Source of the DNA: Candidatus Methanosuratincola mesotaenarum
GTDB lineage: Archaea; Thermoproteota; Methanomethylicia; Methanomethylicales; Methanomethylicaceae
NCBI GenBank assembly: GCA_038801705.1
Contig: JAULTC010000001.1
Coordinates: 369,214-433,213, forward strand
DNA length: 64,000 nucleotides
Direction of reading: 5' to 3'
Under the pieces are notes generated by a model. It did not search any database. It was not told the DNA's origin and saw only the letters and a program-made list of their open reading frames with translations. The number at the start of each line of letters is the position of its first letter. The stretch's first letter is position 1. Both the position numbers and the translations under genes were made by a program. Shown here in pieces: positions 51,070 to 62,933 of the stretch.

Positions 51070-51121
51070 CTTTATTTTTAGGTTCATTAATTAATTAATT
51101 TCAATTAATTATATTTGTCAG

Positions 51122-51544
51122 GTGCGTTACTTGAGGCGCAAAAAAGGACCAAAGCACTTCTACGAGGTAAAGCAGAGAATAAGCGAAGTTATCCAGAAGA
51201 TTAATGAAAACGCATCGCTCGTGCTCGTCGAGGGCAAGAACGACGAACGCGCCCTCAGAAGAGCCAGGCTAAAAACGCCGATCATCACATTCTGTGACTC
51301 CAATATGCCAAGGTTTGAGTTTGTGGAGAGGATCGCGGGCAACTATGGCGGACAGAGGGTGGTCGTACTCTTCGATTATGATAAGGAGGGATCCGTTGCA
51401 GCCAAGAGGATGACCGTCGATCTCGAGGAAAAGGGTGTGAGGGTGGAGGGGAAGGTCAGGGAGGAGCTCGGGGAGATCTTGGTCTGGGAAGGCATAAGGA
51501 GGGTAGAGGAGATGATGTCCGTCCTGTCGAAGGCGGATTTGTGA
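51122..51544 (+). CDS. Stand-alone TOPRIM-domain protein (RNase M5/small primase-like)
   Basis: VLVEGKND...L, VLFDYDKEG. Confidence 0.88.
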   Translation: MRYLRRKKGPKHFYEVKQRISEVIQKINENASLVLVEGKNDERALRRARLKTPIITFCDSNMPRFEFVERIAGNYGGQRVVVLFDYDKEGSVAAKRMTVDLEEKGVRVEGKVREELGEILVWEGIRRVEEMMSVLSKADL

Positions 51545-51580
51545 CGGCCTCCTGACGGCTAAAGCCGTCGGTCTTCCATG
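51541..51580 (-). mobile_element. IS200/IS605-type right-end hairpin remnant
   Basis: Minus strand GACCGACGGCTTTAGCCGTCAGGAGGCCGTCAC, the usual hairpin-GGAG-GTCA end pattern. Confidence 0.65.
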
Positions 51581-52001
51581 CACGGTGGTTCAGGCTCTTC
51601 GAGTTCACCCAATTCATCCCCGGTTCTGGGTCATGTAAACTGCAGCCCAGCCCGCCATTTTTAGATCTGCCTGGCTCGCAACGGGCTTCCTCAGATGGGG
51701 GCTGCCCTTCTGAAGGATTTTTCATGCAAGTCGGCGTCGCACCGGTGCCTGTTTTTGCAGGCTATCCTGTTTCATTCGCTTATTCGCAGAACCATACAGC
51801 ACAGCAGTCTCTCCAGTTCGCCTTGTATGTATTGTTTGGGTTTCCAAAAGCCAAGAGATCAGCTTTTGGTTGAATATTCTCCCCGGAAGGACACATTTCG
51901 GCAGACCATCTAGAAGCGCATTGAAGCAAACTAATCCATCTGCTGTTTGAAAACGGTGGTCTTTTTGAGGTGGTTCTTATAAAATAATATGGGGACAGCC
52001 A

Positions 52002-52574
52002 ATGCAGATAGGTTTTGAGCCCAAAATCGTGTTCCTCTGCCCCCTCTGCCAAAGGGAGGTCGAGATGGTCTACAGCAGGTCGGAGGGATGGACTGCCGAC
52101 CACGGGGGGTGCCTGAATTTCTCGGTGATAAGGAAGGCGCCGACGATATCAGGGAAGGAGTTTAGGACTCCGCTGGTGTTCATAGACCTCGAATCGGATT
52201 TTGCTGTAAAAGAGGCGATAGAAGGGCTCAGACCATTGACCTCAGAGCAAGGCGACCCCTCGAAGAGGGGGAAGATTGAGGTAGGGATCAGGAGGCTGGA
52301 GTCCAAGATAGGGTTTGCTGAGAAAAAGGCTGGGGAGCTGTTCGAGACAATCAAGGGCGGAACTTACGGGCTCAGGATAATCTCAGGAAGGTCCACAGGC
52401 GTACTTGTATGGAGGGGCACAGAGAAGTTCATTGGAATATCCTACGGGGATACCCAAGATGAGGAAGACTCCCTGCTGTTCACTTCAGACGGTGCGGAGG
52501 CAAAGGGCTTCATTCTTAAATGGATCCACTACTGGGACGATCCTAAACTCCTCGGGAAAAAGATGCTGCCTTAA
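52002..52574 (+). CDS. Hypothetical protein with CxxC...H..C motif
   Basis: Intact 190-aa ORF with host-like codon usage. Confidence 0.65.
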   Translation: MQIGFEPKIVFLCPLCQREVEMVYSRSEGWTADHGGCLNFSVIRKAPTISGKEFRTPLVFIDLESDFAVKEAIEGLRPLTSEQGDPSKRGKIEVGIRRLESKIGFAEKKAGELFETIKGGTYGLRIISGRSTGVLVWRGTEKFIGISYGDTQDEEDSLLFTSDGAEAKGFILKWIHYWDDPKLLGKKMLP

Positions 52575-52659
52575 GACAAAGGCCACCACGCAAATAGAAA
52601 AATAAAAAAACAACTCCGACCGAACTTGAGAAATAAAAATAAAAAAGAAGGGCTGTTGG

Positions 52660-53175
52660 ATGGAGAAGGTCATCATCAGGGGGTTTTGTCCAGAAGACCT
52701 CGAAACCGTGATTATGATTAACAAGGTCTGTCTGCCTGAGAATTACTCGCCGGACTTTTTCATGGAACACCACTGGGAAAACCCAAGAATCTTCCTTGTG
52801 GCCCAGGTGGGAGAGAAGGTCGTTGGCTACAACATGTGCAGGATTGAATTTGGCATCTCCAACATAAAGAGGGAGTTTGCAAAGAAGGGACATGTGATTT
52901 CGATTGCAGTGCTCGAGGGCTACAGGGGGGCAGGGATCGGTCGGAAACTAATGGAAGAAGGCATGAAGAACGTAAGAGAATCCGGTGCGTCAGAGATGTA
53001 CCTGGAGGTGAGACAGAGCAACCTCCCGGCGATCCAGCTCTACAGAAAGCTCGGGTTCAGGGCTGTTAGAGTCCTAGAAGGATACTACAGGGACGGTGAG
53101 GACGCCTACCTTATGGTAGCCAATTTGGAAGAGGGCCGGTTTCAGAACGGATCAATCATCATGCCTGACGCTTGA
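52660..53175 (+). CDS. N-alpha-acetyltransferase (RimI/Ard1 GNAT)
   Basis: CLPENY, GHVISIAV..YRG.GIG, LEVR.SN..AI.LY, YY.DGEDA. Confidence 0.95.
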   Translation: MEKVIIRGFCPEDLETVIMINKVCLPENYSPDFFMEHHWENPRIFLVAQVGEKVVGYNMCRIEFGISNIKREFAKKGHVISIAVLEGYRGAGIGRKLMEEGMKNVRESGASEMYLEVRQSNLPAIQLYRKLGFRAVRVLEGYYRDGEDAYLMVANLEEGRFQNGSIIMPDA

Positions 53176-53353
53176 GCAGCCTCTGGTAAGCAGCGTATCC
53201 GATCAGAATTGCAGTCGGGAGGTAGAAAAGGCAAGATTCGAAGAAGGTATCAAAGACAGGCGTGCCAATGATACGCAAATAGGCAAGATATAAAGAGGCG
53301 ATGAGCATTGGCACGGATGCAATGACTGCGCTTTTGAACTCATTGATTTCCAT
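53159..53353 (-). CDS. Small 2-TM membrane protein
   Basis: ATG 53353 MEINEFKSAVIASVPMLIASL... Confidence 0.55.
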   Translation of the reverse strand: MEINEFKSAVIASVPMLIASLYLAYLRIIGTPVFDTFFESCLFYLPTAILIGYAAYQRLLKRQA

Positions 53354-53488
53354 ATGTTTGTGAGAACCTCCGTGATATAAAAAGTTGAGGGCAGGACAGG
53401 GACCGGGGCAAGGACGAACGAAATTTATATATAGAAGTGCTTGCTGTTTTTTCAGACGTAACAATTTTGTAGGCTAGGTGTATGAACT

Positions 53489-55152
<1,664 letters not shown>

Positions 55153-55156
<4 letters not shown>

Positions 55157-55410
55157 TGGATCAAGAAACAAGACAGATACTCGGTCCAGCGACACTGACT
55201 AGATTCGAGAAGGCCCGGATACTAGGAGCCCGGGCCCTACAGCTTTCAATGGGGGCACCACCACTGATAGCCTCAAACGCTACGACTCCAATAGACATAG
55301 CTGAGGAGGAACTGAAGGAAGGGGTCCTCCCCATCACGATAAGGAGAAGGCTACCGGATGGACGCCACCAGGACATCCCATTGAAGTGGCTGGTCAAGAA
55401 GACCCAGTAA
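55153..55410 (+). CDS. rpoK: RNA polymerase subunit K (Rpo6)
   Basis: [29 protein letters not shown]. Confidence 0.96.
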
Positions 55411-55430
55411 CTATTTTCTTTTCTTTTTTC

Positions 55431-56216
55431 CTATGGCGCTTGATTTCTAGATTTCTTACTTCGCATCTTGGAGATTAACGCAGCGGCGACGGCAGCCCCG
55501 ACTCCATTGTCAATGTTGACCACCACGAGCCCAGGACTACAGCTCTGCAGCATCGTCATGAGCGCGCCCACGCCTTGACCCCCATATCCATAGCCCGAGG
55601 ACGTGGGCACCCCGATGACAGGCACAGGCACCAGGCTACTGATTACGGATGCGAGTGCCCCCTCCATCCCAGCAAACACAATGATCGCATCAACGTCCTT
55701 ATCCATCGAGTCTATTACTACGGGGAATACCCTGTGGAGACCCGCTATCCCGACGTCATAGTATGAATGGGTCGCACACCCAAGCTCCTCCAGCACGAAC
55801 CGGGCTTCCTCAGCAACGCGTATGTCGACCGTTCCGGCTGTGATCAGCGAGACTGCGCCGAGTTTCTCTGGATTTTCCCTCCCACGCCTGATCACGGCTA
55901 CTCTACCATTTGGGTTGTATTTGATTTCCGGTACTCCCTCCAGACTTGACTTCAGTTCATCAAACCTGTCCTCGGCGATGCGCGTGATTATGACCCTTCC
56001 CGACTCTTCTAGGAAAGCCCTAACGATCTTTCTCAGGGAAACATCGTCTTTTCCCTCTGCAAAAACAATCTCTGGGACGTCCTTCCTTGCCTCTCTTGAT
56101 ACATCAAGACAGGCAATTTCCATATCCTTGAGTGCCAGCAACCGTATTCTTCTCTCTGCCTCTTCAATGCTGATCTTGCCAGAGCTGAGTTCAGAGAGGA
56201 CCATTCGAAGTTCCAA
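55431..56216 (-). CDS. larB: Nickel-pincer cofactor biosynthesis protein LarB
   Basis: PEIVFAEGK, TAGT.D, DVGIAGLHR, AGMEGAL, VPTS.GYG, VVNIDNG. Confidence 0.93.
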   Translation of the reverse strand: MELRMVLSELSSGKISIEEAERRIRLLALKDMEIACLDVSREARKDVPEIVFAEGKDDVSLRKIVRAFLEESGRVIITRIAEDRFDELKSSLEGVPEIKYNPNGRVAVIRRGRENPEKLGAVSLITAGTVDIRVAEEARFVLEELGCATHSYYDVGIAGLHRVFPVVIDSMDKDVDAIIVFAGMEGALASVISSLVPVPVIGVPTSSGYGYGGQGVGALMTMLQSCSPGLVVVNIDNGVGAAVAAALISKMRSKKSRNQAP

Positions 56217-56255
56217 TTCTTAGCACCCATTTTAATATAGGCAGAGTCAGATCTT

Positions 56256-57488
56256 ATGAGGGTGGAGTATTTGAACATAGTGCTCATCGATACCTCTCTT
56301 GCAGGGGCCTCAGGAGACAAGATGGTCTCGGCATTCGCGTCTGCATCGGGAAAGAGCGAAGACCTTAAGGTTTCAATCAATAGCGCCTTGAAGGCGATCG
56401 GAAGGCCTGATGTGGAGATATCTTTCGAACACGCAACGAGTGGAGAGATTGGCGGGCTACAGCTGAAGGTCAGGGATGCAGAAGGTGCCAAGGACGAAGG
56501 GGGGATCGAAGCTAGGACGGCAGAGGACTCTTTGAAGACCTTGGGTGCGGCGGCAGAGTCGATAGGGCTCAGACCAGCCGGAAAAGCAATGGCGCGGAGG
56601 ACTATGGATCTGCTCATCGAAGCCGAGAGAGCAGTCCATGGAACAGATGTGCTTCACGAGCTGGGCAGCATAGACACCATTATAGACATTATCGGAACTT
56701 TCAAGGCCATTGAGCTCCTGGGCGTTGGTGACTGCGTCTTTTACACGACGCCAGTTGCAGTCGGTTGCGGGGCAGCTACATCTTCCCACGGGACTTTTCC
56801 TGTCCCTGCGCCAGCAACCCTCTCGATAATCAGGCGCGCCGGGCTACCCGTAACTAGGACTGATGTTCCGCATGAGCTCACAACCCCCACTGGAGCGGCA
56901 TTGCTAGCGACTCTGACCTGTGGCAGAACAGACACGCCGCCCTTTAGGCTCTCCCGAGGCACTGTGGGGAACGGGATAGGCAGGAGAGAACTTGGCTTCC
57001 CAAACATAACAAGGGTCATAACTGGAGAGGCCATTTTGGGCACCGCTGATGAAGAGATCTTCATTGTCGAGACCAATGTCGATGATGTGGACGGGGAGGG
57101 GCTTGGCTGGTTGTTTGAGAGGCTTAATGGGGTGGCTGAGGATGTCTGCGTTGTACCGATGCTGACGAAAAAGAACAGACCAGGGCATATAGTAATGGCC
57201 GTTGCAACATCAGCCTCAGTCGGGAGGGTCATAGACGCCATTCTGGATGAAACTGGGACGCTCGGTGTGAAAGTTTCGACCTGTAGGAGACTGAAGGTTA
57301 ACAGGGACGAAAGAGCGGTGGAGGTCAAGATAAGCGGCAAGTCATACAGCGTTGGTGTGAAAACAAACCTCAGGACAGGGTGCTACAAGCCCTCTTATGA
57401 GGACTGTAGGAGAATAGCCTTAGAAGAGGGGATTCCGCTAAAGAGGGTTGTGGATCTAGTAAGGAGGCAGCTCCCACCTAAGGCGTAG
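56256..57488 (+). CDS. larC: Nickel insertion protein LarC
   Basis: GASGDK, LHELG.IDT, HG.FPVPAPAT, ELTTPTGAA, ETNVDD, YED. Confidence 0.93.
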   Translation: MRVEYLNIVLIDTSLAGASGDKMVSAFASASGKSEDLKVSINSALKAIGRPDVEISFEHATSGEIGGLQLKVRDAEGAKDEGGIEARTAEDSLKTLGAAAESIGLRPAGKAMARRTMDLLIEAERAVHGTDVLHELGSIDTIIDIIGTFKAIELLGVGDCVFYTTPVAVGCGAATSSHGTFPVPAPATLSIIRRAGLPVTRTDVPHELTTPTGAALLATLTCGRTDTPPFRLSRGTVGNGIGRRELGFPNITRVITGEAILGTADEEIFIVETNVDDVDGEGLGWLFERLNGVAEDVCVVPMLTKKNRPGHIVMAVATSASVGRVIDAILDETGTLGVKVSTCRRLKVNRDERAVEVKISGKSYSVGVKTNLRTGCYKPSYEDCRRIALEEGIPLKRVVDLVRRQLPPKA

Positions 57489-57513
57489 TGCAACGCCGAA
57501 AACGGCAGGCAAG

Positions 57514-57891
57514 TCAACTATTCAACTTGACGGTGACCCATTCTCCCCGCTTCACTAGCCGTACCGATTCTGGAGGGGAAACAAGCTTCCCTATGATGTT
57601 GACTGGGCTGTATGGCTGAGAATTCCCAAAGAATATGCAAAATGCCTCTGAGGGGGGCCAATAAGCGATCGTGCCTTGGCTTACCGTCGGCTTGGGCTTC
57701 TCCGGTCCGACTGATACAGGGGTCTCAAAGTAGACCTCCTCCTTCCAGAGAAAGGTCCTTGAGGTGAAAGGCAGTGCCTCCACTATCGCTTCAACTGTTC
57801 GTGGCGAGAGTATGCGGGAGAGAATGCCTTCAACCTCTCCACTTTCGAAAACTATCAAAATAGGTATATCTGATTCCTTTAAAGATGGCAA
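57514..57891 (-). CDS. Cyclophilin-like fold protein (DUF369)
   Basis: WKEEVYF, IAYWPP..AFCIFFG, SPVNIIG. Confidence 0.85.
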   Translation of the reverse strand: MPSLKESDIPILIVFESGEVEGILSRILSPRTVEAIVEALPFTSRTFLWKEEVYFETPVSVGPEKPKPTVSQGTIAYWPPSEAFCIFFGNSQPYSPVNIIGKLVSPPESVRLVKRGEWVTVKLNS

Positions 57892-57900
57892 AAAACCACC

Positions 57901-58197
57901 TTATGATGCTGGGACGTAAATGCTTACACGACGCGTCTTCTTTGCTTTCCTGAGCATCCCTTCGCTGACCATGTTATCAAGAAGATCCTTGGCGACGCTG
58001 TACTTTAGGTTATACTTGGAGTAGATCTGGTATGGGGTAACACATGTCATCTTCGGAACTTCATGCCTGATCTGGTCCAAAACTTTTGGATCTACCACTG
58101 ATGTAGCTACGGACTTTTGGATCTCCTTCTTTGCAGCCTCCTTCTCTGAAGCAGCACCCTTCGCTGGCTTGGCAACAGTCTTCTTGGTACCACCCAT
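57901..58197 (-). CDS. rps25e: Ribosomal protein eS25
   Basis: MGG.KK basic N-terminus, VTPYQIYSKYNLKYSVAK..L winged helix. Confidence 0.88.
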   Translation of the reverse strand: MGGTKKTVAKPAKGAASEKEAAKKEIQKSVATSVVDPKVLDQIRHEVPKMTCVTPYQIYSKYNLKYSVAKDLLDNMVSEGMLRKAKKTRRVSIYVPAS

Positions 58198-58248
58198 AAG
58201 ATACACCTGACACGAAAAAAGGTGGTGTTAGTAATAAAAATGTTTTGG

Positions 58249-59694
58249 TTATGGCGTTTTGATAAAGCCGCTTTCGAACCGCTGTCTGTGGATCGAGTTC
58301 ATTGTGCAGAAAGGTATAATCCTGCCGTCGGGAAGCGCATAGTGTATAGTGCACCTCCTTACCCTTTCCAAGTCGAAGTTGTATGGGTCCATAAAATGCA
58401 TGCAGCCAATAAGCACAACTTTGCGCATGAATTTCCCGAGAGAATCATAGTCACCATGGAGCAGCACCGACGAAAGGATGTCCCCCAAGAGGGTCTTGTT
58501 AACATGCCTGACCGCGCCTAGGAGATGTACCCTAGCCTTCAGCTTGGATCCGTCGATCGCGTCTGCATACACATTCTCCAAGGATCCCATGAACTTGTCG
58601 ATGTCCGCATAATCTGTGATTGGGACAAGCCTCTCGCCTTGGGGCAGTGCAATCGTCGCCATTCCGCAGTGCTGGTGGTTTGTAAAGGTCTGGTAGCGTT
58701 TCCCCTTGAGTGCGCCTACTGCATTTGAGACAGGGACGACCACTGGTATCGGGTAGAAGTCTGATGTCTTTATTTCACCATTAGTCTGCGCCTCGACGAG
58801 CTTCAGGAAGTCCGGAATCGTTATCCGCATCTCCCTTAGCCGGTTCTTGTCGATCCTACCTGCCATAGAAACGGGCTGGAAGTTCACGCCCCGGACCACG
58901 TCGTGGTTCTTGGCAGCGAACCTGAGTATCTCTCCGACTTGGTCATCGTTAACCCCCCTGACGAGCGTCGGGACTAGGACGAGGCTGTGCAAGCCGACTG
59001 ATCTGCTGTTCTCGATCACCTTTAGCTTGGTTTGGAAGAGGTCAACCCCCCTCGCGGCGATGTATGGGCCAGGCGTCATGCCGTCGAACTGCAGGTAGAG
59101 AGTGCTCAGACCAGCCTCGATGAGGTGCTTCAGAAAAGATGCATCGTTGGATATCCGGATGCCATTTGTGTTGACCTCAACATGGTCGAATCCGGCTTCT
59201 TTGGCCATCCGAATTATGTCGGGCAGGTCGTCCCTCAGGGTCGGCTCGCCGCCCGAGAGCTGTATTGCGTTAGGAGCCACTGGGCGGTTACTTCTTAAGT
59301 TTTTAAGCATCTCCGCGATCTGGTCCCTGGTCGGCTCATAGGTGTACCCTGCGGCCGCAGCATTCGCGAAGCAAATGGGGCACCTCAGGTTACACCTGTT
59401 GGTCACATCAATTATCGCCAGCACTGTGTGCGATCCATGGGACGGGCATATCCCGCAATCATACGGGCAACCAGCTTCAGACTTCGTCTGGGGGTTTTCT
59501 AGCCCATCGCCGAGTCGCTCATAGCGTTCCGCTCTCTTGTAAAGATCGTAATCGCTCCAGTAAACGTCCTCAAAGCGGCCGTGATCTGAGCAGGTCTTTC
59601 CGATATAAACTACGCCCTTGTCCTCGTAAATCTCTGCTTCAATGACCTTCATGCACTCTGGGCATAAGCTCTTCGTCTTCTTGAGTACCTGCAT
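58249..59694 (-). CDS. tes: Radical SAM tetraether (GDGT) lipid synthase
   Basis: SLCPEC...C.DHG, CPYDCGIC..H, TNRCNLRCPICFANA, HCG, MHFMD.YNFD.ERV.RC.IHY...IPFC. Confidence 0.9.
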   Translation of the reverse strand: MQVLKKTKSLCPECMKVIEAEIYEDKGVVYIGKTCSDHGRFEDVYWSDYDLYKRAERYERLGDGLENPQTKSEAGCPYDCGICPSHGSHTVLAIIDVTNRCNLRCPICFANAAAAGYTYEPTRDQIAEMLKNLRSNRPVAPNAIQLSGGEPTLRDDLPDIIRMAKEAGFDHVEVNTNGIRISNDASFLKHLIEAGLSTLYLQFDGMTPGPYIAARGVDLFQTKLKVIENSRSVGLHSLVLVPTLVRGVNDDQVGEILRFAAKNHDVVRGVNFQPVSMAGRIDKNRLREMRITIPDFLKLVEAQTNGEIKTSDFYPIPVVVPVSNAVGALKGKRYQTFTNHQHCGMATIALPQGERLVPITDYADIDKFMGSLENVYADAIDGSKLKARVHLLGAVRHVNKTLLGDILSSVLLHGDYDSLGKFMRKVVLIGCMHFMDPYNFDLERVRRCTIHYALPDGRIIPFCTMNSIHRQRFESGFIKTP

Positions 59695-59756
59695 ATGCGA
59701 CCATCCACGATACCAACGTCCGCTTTATATTTGAAATTTTTTATACTATTTATACG

Positions 59757-60527
59757 GTGAATCGTATGAGTGATGATGGAAGACTGATAGGCAAGCTGTC
59801 CCAGATAGGGCTCACCGAGGGGGAGGCCAGAGCTTACTTGTCGCTCCTCAAGAGCGGGGGGGAGATGGATGCCAAGGCGGTGAGTGAGTCGTCGAGCATA
59901 CCCTACTCGAAGGTCTACACGGTCCTGGAAAAGCTTGCCTCAAAGTCGCTGATAGTCGTGAGGAGGGGGAGACCGACAGTCTACAGTGTGAAAATGCCCT
60001 CAGAGGGACTCTCTGAGTACAAGCGGATCATGGTGAGGGATCTCGACAGTAAGTTCGGGGATCTAGAGGATGCCTTGCGGGACATTCGGACGAGAGCCGA
60101 AGCCGAAAGGCAGGACATATGGATAATCAAAAGCACCGAGGACATTGCCAAGAAGGCTTACTCGACCATATGGAACGCGAGAGATGAAGCGGACGTGGCG
60201 CTCCCTTCCATACCAACATGGACAGCCGAAGAGTTATACCCGATATTTCTACGGCTTAAGGCGGGGAAGATCAGGGCGAGGTTGTTGTTCTCCTCAGATG
60301 CACCAAAGGAGAAGGTTGAGGCGATCTCGAGGGTGACCAATGTCAGGATGAGAGACAAGATGTTTGGCGGAGGGATAATAGCTGACGGAAACGAGGCAAT
60401 ACTCTTCATAGCAAGCGAGGGTTCCAACCCCAGCGTGGCGATATGGTCAAACCATGTGGGGCTTGTGCAGATCGCAAAGACTTACTTCGAGAACCTGTGG
60501 GCTTCTTCGACCCCAATTTCTGGATGA
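59757..60527 (+). CDS. TrmB-family transcriptional regulator
   Basis: GLTEGEARAYL, IPYSKVY.VL..L, GRP..Y. Confidence 0.92.
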   Translation: MNRMSDDGRLIGKLSQIGLTEGEARAYLSLLKSGGEMDAKAVSESSSIPYSKVYTVLEKLASKSLIVVRRGRPTVYSVKMPSEGLSEYKRIMVRDLDSKFGDLEDALRDIRTRAEAERQDIWIIKSTEDIAKKAYSTIWNARDEADVALPSIPTWTAEELYPIFLRLKAGKIRARLLFSSDAPKEKVEAISRVTNVRMRDKMFGGGIIADGNEAILFIASEGSNPSVAIWSNHVGLVQIAKTYFENLWASSTPISG

Positions 60528-60905
60528 GCACCGCCGCCATGCCCACTCGAGGCTAAGCTAAGGGTAGAAGATAGCATATGCTTATCTGGGCTCTGTTCTG
60601 ATGTCATACTTCATCCTGCACATCCGTAATACCAGCATTCATCATAGCCCAATATCATATTCTACCAGGTTTTTATAAATATGACTGATTATTAAGTTCG
60701 GATTGGCTCGCCCCAAAAGAGGTGCTCGCCGAAGAACGTAGGACATTCATCTGTTGTGCGGAAGGTGCAAGCGCAAGCAAGGCTCGTTTGACGTGCAGAA
60801 TAATGCTTATTAATAGCCTGAAAATATTCAGCACTGTAACCTTTATGGTCACAAAATAATTGCGATCGCAGAGGCATGTTGGAGCGCCGAGAGCGGGTTG
60901 AGAAC

Positions 60906-61976
60906 ATGACGATCAAGGTGGCAATAATTGGAGTCGGCAACTGCGCCAGTGCACTGATCCAGGGCACTTATTACTACAGGGATGCGAAAGATGACGAATT
61001 CGTACCTGGACTGATCCATGTGAACATGGGCGGATACCACGTTAAGGATTTAGAGTTCGTTGCAGCTTTTGATGTGGACTCCAGGAAGGTCGGGAAGGAC
61101 CTATCACAGGCGATATTCTCCAAGCCGAACAACACAAGGAAGTTCGCGGAAGTGCCCGATTTGGGCGTCGAGGTTAAGAGGGGGCCTGTCATGGACGGCC
61201 TGGGTAAGTACCTCAAAGGGTATGTTGAGGTGAACGAAGACGAGAGGGCGGTTGACGTGGCTGCCGAGCTCAAGGACTCGGGGGCAGAGATTGTAGTGAA
61301 CTACCTCCCCGTTGGGTCTGAGCAGGCTGTAAGGTGGTATGCGGATAATGCGCTGAAGGCGGGCTGTGCATTCGTCAACTGCATGCCCGTGTTCATTGCG
61401 TCTGATGACGCATGGGCAAAGAGGTTTGAAGAAAAGGGGCTGCCTGTTGCTGGGGATGACGTGATGAGCCAAATCGGGGCAACCGTCCTCCACAAGACGC
61501 TGGCAAAGCTGCTTGTGGACCGCGGAGTTAAGGTGACAGAAAGCTACCAGCTCAACATAGGCGGAGACGCGGACTTTCTGAACATGCTTGAGGAGGAGAG
61601 GCTTATCTCGAAGAGGATAAGCAAGACCTCGGCTGTGGCAGCAATGATACCGTACAGTATACCCCTTAGGATCGGTCCCTCGGACTATGTCCCGTTCCTG
61701 GACAACAAGAAGATCTGCTATGTGTACATGAAAGGCGAATACTTCGGCGGAACCCCTGTTCAGATAGATGTCAAGCTCGATGTGTGGGACGCACCCAACA
61801 GCGGTGGAGTTGTGATAGACGTGATCAGGGCTGCCCGGATTGCGCTCGACAGGGGCGTCGCTGGAAGGCTCATAGGACCCTCTGCGTTTGCGTTCAAGCA
61901 TCCCCCAATTCAGATGCCGTACGAGGTAGCCAAGCAGAGATTTGAAGATTTCATAGAGGGCAAGGCAGAGAGGTAG
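60906..61976 (+). CDS. ino1: myo-Inositol-1-phosphate synthase
   Basis: GVGNCAS, YLPVGS, GDD..SQ.GAT, QLN.GG..DF, SKT, WDAPNSGG. Confidence 0.95.
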   Translation: MTIKVAIIGVGNCASALIQGTYYYRDAKDDEFVPGLIHVNMGGYHVKDLEFVAAFDVDSRKVGKDLSQAIFSKPNNTRKFAEVPDLGVEVKRGPVMDGLGKYLKGYVEVNEDERAVDVAAELKDSGAEIVVNYLPVGSEQAVRWYADNALKAGCAFVNCMPVFIASDDAWAKRFEEKGLPVAGDDVMSQIGATVLHKTLAKLLVDRGVKVTESYQLNIGGDADFLNMLEEERLISKRISKTSAVAAMIPYSIPLRIGPSDYVPFLDNKKICYVYMKGEYFGGTPVQIDVKLDVWDAPNSGGVVIDVIRAARIALDRGVAGRLIGPSAFAFKHPPIQMPYEVAKQRFEDFIEGKAER

Positions 61977-62115
61977 GTAGGTATGCAGTCAGTCAGGCAG
62001 GCACCCTGAATCCGCTTATACTCGTCTGGAAAGAACCTAGGCGGCACGGGTAAGATTTGCCAGCCATGCTGTCCTGCAGCTCCTAGAAGAGCCTCCGCGA
62101 TAGGCATTGCCCTTC

Positions 62116-62883
62116 TCAGAACCACATCAGCGATCTTGCGTTGGAGTAGGTCACTAGTTGTATATCCCTGCCGCTTATCCCGGACCTATCGAGGTACTTC
62201 GCGGTTCTCAGGACTGCCAGAGGATCAGAAGGCTCGTACCCAAGATTACTGTTGACGATTACTCCTTCTGGTCCGTAACTCTCTAGGACTTCCTTTACGT
62301 CGCTGGGGGTAAGCATCCCCTGCTGAACTGTGAGCCCGACATTGAACCCTAGCTCTCTCACCTTCGGAACTAGCATTGGTGTAAGGTGGTCGACAACAAT
62401 TCGTGAAGGATCTGTGTACTCCTCCTTTAGAATCCCCAGAAGCTTATCGACTACCATCTCCTTATTCTTCTGGGGGGTGTAGACTATGACCGGGCGATCG
62501 TACTCGTTGGCTATTCGAAGCTGCTTTATTAGAACATCAACCTCGCCTTCGCCCCCCGTCTCGAGACCGACCTCGCCGAGAGCGTTGGCCAAGGCATTGT
62601 CAAATATGGCCAAGATCCGCTCTATAGCGAGGTCAAGCTCGTATTTCGGGATGGACCTAGGGTGTATGCCCACGGTCAGCCTGAAGTCTATGCCGTACGA
62701 GGCTAGCCTCGCGCACTCCTCATCCGACAGGAACTTGAAGAAGTCGTAAACTGTCGATGCCCCAGTCGGCTGCACGGGGAAGTAAGAACAGAGGACCACG
62801 CCCTCAACCCCTGAGACTGACATCAGCTCCAGATCATCGGAACTCCTGAAATATGTGTGGGTGTGGGAATCGATGCACTTCAT
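62116..62883 (-). CDS. TatD-like amidohydrolase
   Basis: IDSHTH, GIHP, LGEVGL, VVDH. Confidence 0.88.
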   Translation of the reverse strand: MKCIDSHTHTYFRSSDDLELMSVSGVEGVVLCSYFPVQPTGASTVYDFFKFLSDEECARLASYGIDFRLTVGIHPRSIPKYELDLAIERILAIFDNALANALGEVGLETGGEGEVDVLIKQLRIANEYDRPVIVYTPQKNKEMVVDKLLGILKEEYTDPSRIVVDHLTPMLVPKVRELGFNVGLTVQQGMLTPSDVKEVLESYGPEGVIVNSNLGYEPSDPLAVLRTAKYLDRSGISGRDIQLVTYSNARSLMWF

Positions 62884-62933
62884 ATCAAGACACCTAGGTA
62901 CAGAGTATTCAACTGACTAAAGAGCATTCTGGA

